A stretch of 64,000 bases of DNA from Malacoraja senta (taxonomy: Eukaryota), in the NCBI GenBank assembly GCA_038087875.1, contig CM075991.1, positions 6,758,001-6,822,000 on the forward strand, in the 5' to 3' direction. The translations under genes and the position numbers were made by a program. The notes below the pieces were generated by a model. The model ran no database searches and was not told the DNA's origin. It was given only the letters and a program-made list of their open reading frames with translations. Of the stretch, positions 54,796 to 64,000 are shown piece after piece; position 1 is the stretch's first letter, and each line of letters starts with the position of its first letter.

Positions 54796-57700
54796 ATAGA
54801 TCTCGGAGAAAGCCCACGCAGGTCACGGGGAGAAGGTACAAACTCAATAAAGGCAAGCAGCCGTAGTCAGGATCGAACCCACGTCCTTGACGGTGGAAAG
54901 CAGTATCTCTGCCGCTGCCGCCTCAAAGCACACAGTATATTTTACTTCCCATATTTGTTCATGTTTAAACTAGGGACCCCCAAAGTTGCTTGTCATTCTA
55001 TCTTGATAAACTCCTTCACGTGTTGCTGTGATGATGTGTTCAAGAAGGAACTGCAGATGCTGGAAAATCGAAGGTAGACAAAATCGAAGGCAGCAGTATC
55101 TATGGAGCGAAGGAAATAGGCAACGTTTGATGCTGCTGCATCCGCTGAGTTTCTCCAGCACTTTTATCTACCTTGCTGTGACGATAACTTATTTTGTGTG
55201 GTGGTATCTTTATGTTCCACAAAGCCTCGTGCTCTGCATTATTCTATCGAGGAGTTCAAATTATTCAGTTGCCCAAATAGTGAATACAGATTTTTCTGCC
55301 ATCATTTCATCTGGTGACGTCCTAACGTGAAACCATAGTTTCGTTTAGTCTAGTTTAGATATACAGCGCGCAAACAGGCCCTTCGATCCATCGGGTCCGC
55401 GCCGACCAGCGATAGCTTGCAAAGGGAGGGACTCGTGCTTTTTGAAAGTAAAAACTGTGACACTTCTGCTGGTAATATGTGACACCTTCCCTTTTTTTTT
55501 ACCTTACTTTGACCGGGGAAGGAAGGGAGCAGGTTTGACTGAAGAAGTGTCGCGATCCGAAAAGTCGCACATTCCTTCTTCCCAGAGATGCTGCCTGTGC
55601 CGCTGAGTTACTCCAGCATGTTGTGCCTATCTTCGGTTTAAACCAGCATCTGCAGTTCCTTCCTACACAAGTTTGGTACATCGTTCTATAGCTGACAGTA
55701 AATAATTCATAAAATTAATCTAACCGACCGTCCAATCGCTAAACTCAAAATGTGCAGGAACTGCAGATGCTGGTTTATACCGAACATAGGCACAAAATGC
55801 TGGAGTAACTCAGCGGGTCAGGCAGCATCTCTGGAGAAAGGGAATGGGTGACGTTTCGGGTCGGGACCCTTGTTCAGAATACTAAGCTCTGCATTCAATT
55901 CCAAATCCTTGCCATTTTCTTGGTGTGGCTCGCCGTTCAGTTGAGTTGACTGGCCCCGTGCATTGAAAGACCAGCGAAGGTAAAGTAGTTGACTGCACGG
56001 TTGACATACTGGTCAACCTGAGGAGTACCTTCAGCAACAGACTAGTTCCACCAAGATGCAGTACAAAACGCCACAGGGGATCCTTTTCCCCTGTGTCTAT
56101 CAAACTGTCTATCTAGACTGACTCCCCCACCCCCTCCCCAATTTGTGTACATCCACAATCCATTCCACTCGTCATTTTAATTTCATGTTTCGTGTATTTT
56201 GTGTTTTTATCACTGTTGGCAGGTCAATTTCCCTCCTTGGATAAATAAAGTTCTATCGTATCGTGTCGTATCGTATCAACCGACCGTGAACCAGTGTTCA
56301 GTTAGGCGGGATCCAAAGGGTGAATGGCCAACTGCAGAGCTGCAAGGCGTGGGGTCCAAATCAGACCCTATTCCAAATGAATCCCACCTTATTATTGAAT
56401 CCATCCAAAACACAGAGTCTGGATCTAGGCTGTCTGAATTGCAAAAGGGTCATCGACAAGGCCACTAGGTTGTGAGTTCCAGAAACAAAAAGGATATATT
56501 TGCGATCCCCGAAACACTAACTGACAATGTTCTGCTCATTACCACTTTTCCGGGCGCCGAAATGTCTTGAAAATACATTGTGCCATCTTTAAATGACCAC
56601 GGCGTCTACTTGCCTGCAAACTCATTTTCACCAACCGGAGATCGCATTGAAATGCAATCCGAATTACATGTAATTATCAGTTGGGATCGTTTAGTAATGC
56701 AATACTGAAATATGTAAACTTCTTGTGTGGGACCACGTGCGAAGGGAAGGGCGTCAGTTTATTTTTAGTGTGGGAAGGAACTGCAGATGCTGGTTTCACC
56801 GAAGATAGACACAGAATGCTGGAGCAATTCTCCAACACTGGAGCGAAGGAATGGTCGAGACTGAAGAAGGGTCTCGACCCCAAACGCCACCCATTCCTTT
56901 TCTCCAGATTATTTTTAGAAGCGGGCGGCAGTGGAACCCTGGTTTGGGGTTTCGTGTCTGGGAATTTGGGACGTGCATTTCATAACACGGGGGTAGAGTG
57001 AGTTGACAGGGATTAACCGAGTACCGGTCTGTAATCGGAAACCATCGTATTGCAGAATGCCTCGGTTTTAAAGTTCTCATCGCTGTTTTCAAATCCCTCT
57101 GTGTTGTTGCCTATTCCTGTCGGCCAATGTTTCAACCATTTAATTGTGCCCTCTTGATCCCCCAGTTTAATCGTCCCATCTCTGCAGCGTGCTTTCAGTT
57201 GCCAAGACTCCGAGCTTCAGAATTCCTTCCGTGAATATTTTCCCACTCCCACCGCCTTTCCATGTTAATGATGCAAACTAAAATATGTAGAAAGGAACTG
57301 CAGGTGCTGGAATATACCAGCAGGTCATGTGACATTCGTGTATCCTTAACCTCCAGAGATGCTGCCTGGCCCGCTGAGTCACAACCAGTATTTTGCGTCT
57401 ATCTTCGTGATAAACAAACAAGCTTTTGAGCATTTTTGTTGAGGGACTTGGTATATTTATTTGTCCATTGTGCGCTGTTTATTTAGAATTGTTGCGAAAT
57501 AGACTGGTTGGCTTTTAAGTGGCGGAATGGGAGCGTTATGGGTCATGTTTAATTTAGGATGTTTAATGTTTAAAGTAAGTTGAGATCAGTTTAATTAGGC
57601 ATCATATTCGACACAAACATTCTGGGCCAAAGGGCCGGTTCCTGTGCGGAACTGTTCTATGTAGAAACAAGGAACTGCAGATGCTGGTTTACATGAAAGG

Positions 57701-60523
57701 ACGCAAAGTGCTGGATTAACTCAGCGGGTCAGGCAGCATCTCCCCTGGAGATCTCTCCTGTACTGTTCTATGTTCTGTAACTGTCACCACAGGATTTGTG
57801 ATTTAAAAAAAAAAATCGTTCTCAATTTGTGGCTGATTCACCAGGAAGTTTTTCACTCCCAGACACGACTACCCGCCCGTCAGTCCAACACCGACCTCTC
57901 CACAGTAACCCCAAGTGTTTTGCAAAAAAAACGACCAGCTCGCTGCTTGCATTTCTCCTGATTTGAATGGAGTTAGGAAGCGAAATATAGTAGAGGTTGG
58001 AAGGAAGAAGCAATAAGGCAGCACCGGTGGAGAATGGACACGGAGTATGGATTCTTAGCTGGCCACCGATGCGCTCCGACTTTACATTTAGTGCAGTGGG
58101 ATGTTTAATAACTTGGGAACGCGGTGGGAGAGAAGAGATGTGGGTATTTTTTAAAGTAGTGTTTTTATTTTTAGGAAGAGTTCGCTAACTTAGGCATCTG
58201 TGATGTCTGTGCTACCCTTTGTAGCTTTGCCCCGTGTATTTTCAACATCTCCTGAAGCGGGAATGACCAATACTGCTGCCTTCAAAAGAGCGACTAATGC
58301 CTGGTCTGTTATCAATTGCGAAGGACAGAGGTTGCTTTGGACGCATGTAAATGGCGTAGCTAATCGCAAAAAGGTCATCGGTGCCTGATATTCAGCCTGA
58401 TATTCAATCGCTTCACCTATCAAGCGATTAGATTGGTCGGCCCTGCCTCACGTTCGCTCTAAAAACTTGGTTTACTTCATTCCCTCCATTCGATATTAGT
58501 TAACACAGCGCTGTGTGATAACGGTGTTGTGCAATCGCACAGGGGCCATCATTATCTCTGAAAATAATTGTGCATTTGCTTCGGCAAATGCAAAGTTGTT
58601 TTGAGGAACGTTTACATCGTTTTTAACGCCTGTGCACTTCTCAAGGGCGGGAACTAACACGATTTGACACTGAGCTTACTGCAGCAAAATAAATCAAAAC
58701 TCGATTTGAAATTTAAAAAAAAACCAGAGATACAGCGCTCATATCAGACAATAAGTAAATCCGTGTTTACTTTCCGTCTCTTATTGCAGGTTTAGATACC
58801 AGCCCAGATCCCAGAGGTACGGCGATGAGATCAGGGCAATGGTCAGTCGGATTCCTGGCCTCCCAGTCTTCGCTTTCACCACACACTGGGATCACAGTTC
58901 AAAGGTAGGGTTTCACTGAAACTTAAGGCTTGTTCAATAAACCTTCGTACCGAGGGGGTAAACGGTAAAGAAATGCGCTAGCGGGTTTCGAACATTATTA
59001 AACCAACTTTTATTTCCGGATTTGCCATTAAAATACCAGCCATATCTATCCTGTTCTTGCACATATTGGTTCACTGCGAAAACAAATATTGTTCAAATTA
59101 AATGTCTAATTTTCAAACGAAATATTTGAATCAGAACCTCGGGGTTGCCGGGCATCATGTGGACAAAATATATCTGGGGACAGGCGCGACTTTAGTCATT
59201 TTCTACCCGGACTGATTTAGTCCAGAAAACCTTTGTTTGCTATAATTCGCAGGAAAGTGACGAGATGACGGAAAACGGAGGCGGGATTCTGCAAATTAAA
59301 AAAAAAAATCAATTTAATGCCCTTGATAATAATTACAACCTACTGTTTTGCAAGTGATAATCAGATCTACTTTGGGGGGGTGGGGGGGTGTTAAAATGGT
59401 CTAACTGGACTCGTCTGTTATACCAGCGCCGTGTTTATCGTTTAGTTCCGAAGCCTCGAATAATTCCATCTAATTAATCGACGTGTTTTTTTAGGTAATT
59501 TTAAAAAGTAGTACCAATATGAAAACCAAGAGTGGGGGGGATAATTGAGGTAACGGGAATGTGAGTGGAGGCGAAGAACTAATCATTCAAAAACGCGAGT
59601 CAAATCTTCGGTTTATTCCAACCTGCCAACGAATTCATGGCGGTTCCCCGGCCTCAAACATTTCCTACTCGGAGAAGGCTCCACAATCGCACAGGTTGGG
59701 CTCGTTCTATCACGACGGAAGCGTTTGCATTTGATGTTTAAAAAAACAACCCACATAGAAAGAGTAGATCCTTGTTCGCGCATGAATCCGACCGAGCCCC
59801 TCTCCCGCTTCAGATTTGCCCCATGTTGCTCTGAATCCCACTGCTTCACTCTTGGAACCTGTAGATGCGGAGCTCAGAGCCAAATGGTGAAAATAAAAGC
59901 ACAACTCGGGCGACTATATCTTGTAAACCCATTTTCAAATAAGGCAAAAAGCAGGAGTAACTCAACGGGTCAAATAAGGCCAAATGAGTCCTACTCCTTA
60001 ATGGGTAGATCCTACGCAAAAGTCCCCGAAACTTAAAATTGCAACACCGTCTAAAACTTCCAAGTAATATTTTAATGTTACTAATCACCCCACTATTCAA
60101 TTTCCCATTAGATAACAGCAAATAAAGACATTTTGCATTTAGTTCTGCCTCTAGTATTCAACAAGCGGTGTTTAATAGCAAATGTTTAATAACAAACGGC
60201 CGTCTGAAGAAGCGTCTCGACCAGAAACGTCAGCCATTCCTTCTCTCCAGAGATGCTGCCTGTCCCACTGAGTTACTCCAGTATTTTGTGTCTACCTTCG
60301 ATTTAAACCAGCATCTGCAGTTCTTTCCTACACGACGGTGTTTAATACATTTGGGGATTCGAAAGCAAGCCCTGACGCCCCGGCGTTTTGCTCAAGCAGG
60401 AAATTTAACCTAATCAGTTTGAATTGACCCAGGAGCAAAGGTTTCAGGTCAATGGTACGGCCTAGTCTTGAGCGCACAGTGACCAGAGGTTGGCATTTCC
60501 TACTCGTGTCCGTGTCTTATCAA

Positions 60524-60801
60524 TTTATTAAACCAGGAATTCTCCAAGCAACAGGCGAACGCGTGATACAATGCTTAAATAACTCGAATTAGACAGCACA
60601 ACTGCGATGAAACTCTTCAAAAGCAAGTCAAAAAAATAAGGAATTCCCATAAAATAATAATGTATAAACAAACTAAAAAAAAAGATCCATTTCATTTTCG
60701 GACTGCCCTATTGATAGGAAAACAATCAAACGCTACAAGGAGATTATTAATATTTCAAAATATATCCCAGATTATCAAGTGATTCCTCCTAAATTTTTAT
60801 T
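60524..60801 (-). terminator. Candidate polyadenylation signals of the Pitx gene
   Basis: AATAAA on the minus strand at 60801-60796 and 60529-60524, in an AT-rich, TE-free stretch 0.7-1 kb downstream of the stop. Confidence 0.4.
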
Positions 60802-61514
60802 TCCACTTTTCCAGTAATACGGGATCTTGAGGAAACCTTTCAGCCTATGACTAGATTTTGCATCCAAACCACCAACCACTTCAGTGCGACATACCTGGGT
60901 CTGTTGGAGATGCTAGGGGTTACGTTCATTGATCGTTGTCTATCAGCGATTTATCAGGTAATCAATAACTGGGTCATTTAGACATTTGCCTTGCCTTCCA
61001 GCACAGAGAACCCTAACGGGTGGGGTGGAGGTTTGGGGAGATTAGATGGGGAGAGGTAGTGGTTGCCTCCATGCGATGAGGTATGGATAAGAGGAAACTG
61101 GGTAGGAAAGGTCAATGGGCAACTTGTTTCCAACTTCTAGGACATTTGGAGAGTACTCGTTTGAGCAACCCGCAATTGTTAATTTTCTTCAAAGTTGTGG
61201 AATTTAGTGGAGGGGGGTTATGCATTCCCTTGCAATTTCTAAGCAGTTAAAATAACTTGTTTTTCTGCATTGGCCAAACACACAAAGATTGGAGATCAGG
61301 TTATCCAGCGGTTGTATACGACGAGGACAATGATTGACCATATCTTAAACGCGCTGGACATTCTAGAGGGTCATTCTGCAGTCTCTAACCGAGTGTTTTG
61401 GTATTATCTAATTATAGTGTCGCTCGGAAAGTCAGCACTGATCATTACCCCCCCCCCCAATTCCCCCAACCCCGGAACACCCACAAATTTGGCGTGTAAA
61501 ACACGAAGTCCATT

Positions 61515-62078
<564 letters not shown>

Positions 62079-62205
62079 TTAAATCACAATGCACAAATAG
62101 TTGGAGATGAAAAGAGAGTCAATAAGCCCTAAATCGTAGATAGACACAAAATGCTGGATTAACTCAGTGTGGTCAGGGCAGCATCTCTGGGGGAAATGAG
62201 TAGGT

Positions 62206-62233
62206 GACGTTTCGGGTCGAGACCCTTCTTCAG
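62206..62233 (-). ncRNA. Minimal hammerhead core, sense orientation in the last Pitx intron
   Basis: Minus strand reads CUGAAGAAGGGUCUCGACCCGAAACGUC. Confidence 0.65.
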
Positions 62234-62800
62234 ACATTTTAATAGACAGTGTTTTAATAGACAGTAGCTTTTGCAACATCGTTCCCCTGGATAAAGTATT
62301 GCAGCCGAATTTTGTGACACAAAATTGCAGATACATTTAACAGAATTATTCATTGCTGACACAATTTTGCAAGTTCATGCACATTCACGGTGCCCGAAGA
62401 AGTGTCCCGACCCGAAACGTCGCCTCTCCAGTTGCTGCCTGGCCCGCTGAGTTCCTCCAGCACTTTGCTCATTTTGTTTTGCTCAATATTCCAGCATCAT
62501 GCAGTCTTTTGTGTCTACATTCACGGCGCCGTAAAAAATAAAATAAAACCCTAGTTGCCAAACGTTTTCGTCCCGTTTACCCCTGGCACCTTTACTGGCA
62601 CATAACTATGTTATTTCATGCCTTCTATAATTCTGTTGTGCTGAAGCAAAGCAAGAATTTCATTGTCCTATCTGGGACACATGACAATAACCTCTTGTAT
62701 TTCACTTATTTGTCAACAACTAATGATGGACAGACACCGGTATGCCAGAACCAAACACATTCCGTCAATGAGAAAGAATGTGTACACATCCAGATCAACA

Positions 62801-62868
62801 CATTTACCCCCTGGGTTGGCGAAATTTACCCCCTGAGGTAAATTTACCCCAGGTTGGGAACCCTTGCC
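62801..62868. mobile_element. hAT-Charlie-like MITE end
   Basis: CAGGTTGGGAACCCTTG followed by CCCTAG, typical of Charlie-type termini and targets; internal AATTTACC palindrome. Confidence 0.45.
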
Positions 62869-63477
62869 CTAGTGTATTCAAACTGTTTACCAGGATGCAA
62901 TCGCGCGACCCTTTCTTCGACTGAAATTACGTAGAAAACTCAGTAATACGGCTTGAGGAACTGCGAGATTCGGGTTTGATAGGTTTTGGATTAAGTGATG
63001 CCTCTCATTGAATATCGTAACGGACGTCGGGGTAGTAAAACTGAGCCGAGGAGCCATCGCAAGTTCGCTGCACGGGTTTTGCAACCAGCCGATTGAACTC
63101 GATGATTTAGATCAGTTGAACTATTCGGAAGAAAGATCTCGACCTGAAACGGCACCTATTCCTTTTCTCCAGAGATGCCGCCTGACACGGTGAGTCACTC
63201 CAACGCTTTGTGACTGTCTTCAGATGATTGCAAAGATGGGTAGTTTGAATCATTTCCTCCGTTCGTATTTGTAACGAGACTAACGCGGAGCGATTTTGCA
63301 TTGAACTCAACCTGTTTGTGCTGAAAATACCATCACATTTAAATTGCAGTTATAAAGCTTAAATTACTTTTGAAGTAATTAGCAGCCCCGAACTAAAACA
63401 TTTTTCAAAAATCCAACTAAATTTGCAGTTTTGATTTTGCAGCTATGATTTTAAAAACCCTTAAAATCCACTTTTTA

Positions 63478-63720
<243 letters not shown>

Positions 63721-64000
63721 TTAAAAAAAAAATACCAGTGGACAAGTGCATGTGGCACATCCTTTGTTATCGAAAATAAAACTCCAGTCACAATGCCCAT
63801 AATCTCCTCACCCTGGTGTTAAAATGTCATGATCTATATTTTGAAAACTCGATTTCACGCTGTTTTTACTCAGTATTTAAAGAGAGACCATTAAATGGCA
63901 AACGCTCAAGCGTTATGGTTCGGTTAAGGACATTAAATCGTTCAAACAAAACTAATATTGCCAATACACTTCTCACAAATCAGGCATTAAAATTAGCCAA

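Overview
Vertebrate genomic DNA, very probably a cartilaginous fish (skate/ray/shark-type repeats: HE1-like V-SINEs with CR1 tails), with three N gaps. Two protein-coding genes lie on the minus strand. AAK1 is represented by its first four coding exons (ATG at 35548 in a CpG island; the gene runs off the left edge). A Pitx-family K50 homeobox gene is represented by its last two coding exons (its 5' part is beyond the right edge) and ends about 26 kb upstream of AAK1. The rest is intron or intergenic DNA dense in transposons: a 5-kb L1 with a TSD, many CR1 fragments, V-SINEs, roughly 30 Penelope-derived mini-elements, Harbinger/Tc1/pogo/hAT MITEs and a 2-kb minisatellite. Three observations stand out. 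(1) A ~140-bp TSD-flanked retroposon, present twice, begins with 54 nt that fold into a complete minimal HDV/CPEB3-like self-cleaving ribozyme; one copy is in sense orientation in AAK1 intron 1. (2) The Pitx gene is divergent and linked to AAK1, making it a candidate fourth Pitx ohnolog. (3) Minimal hammerhead ribozyme cores are abundant in palindromic Penelope-derived elements. Exon and TSD coordinates were counted by hand; boundaries of decayed repeats are approximate.
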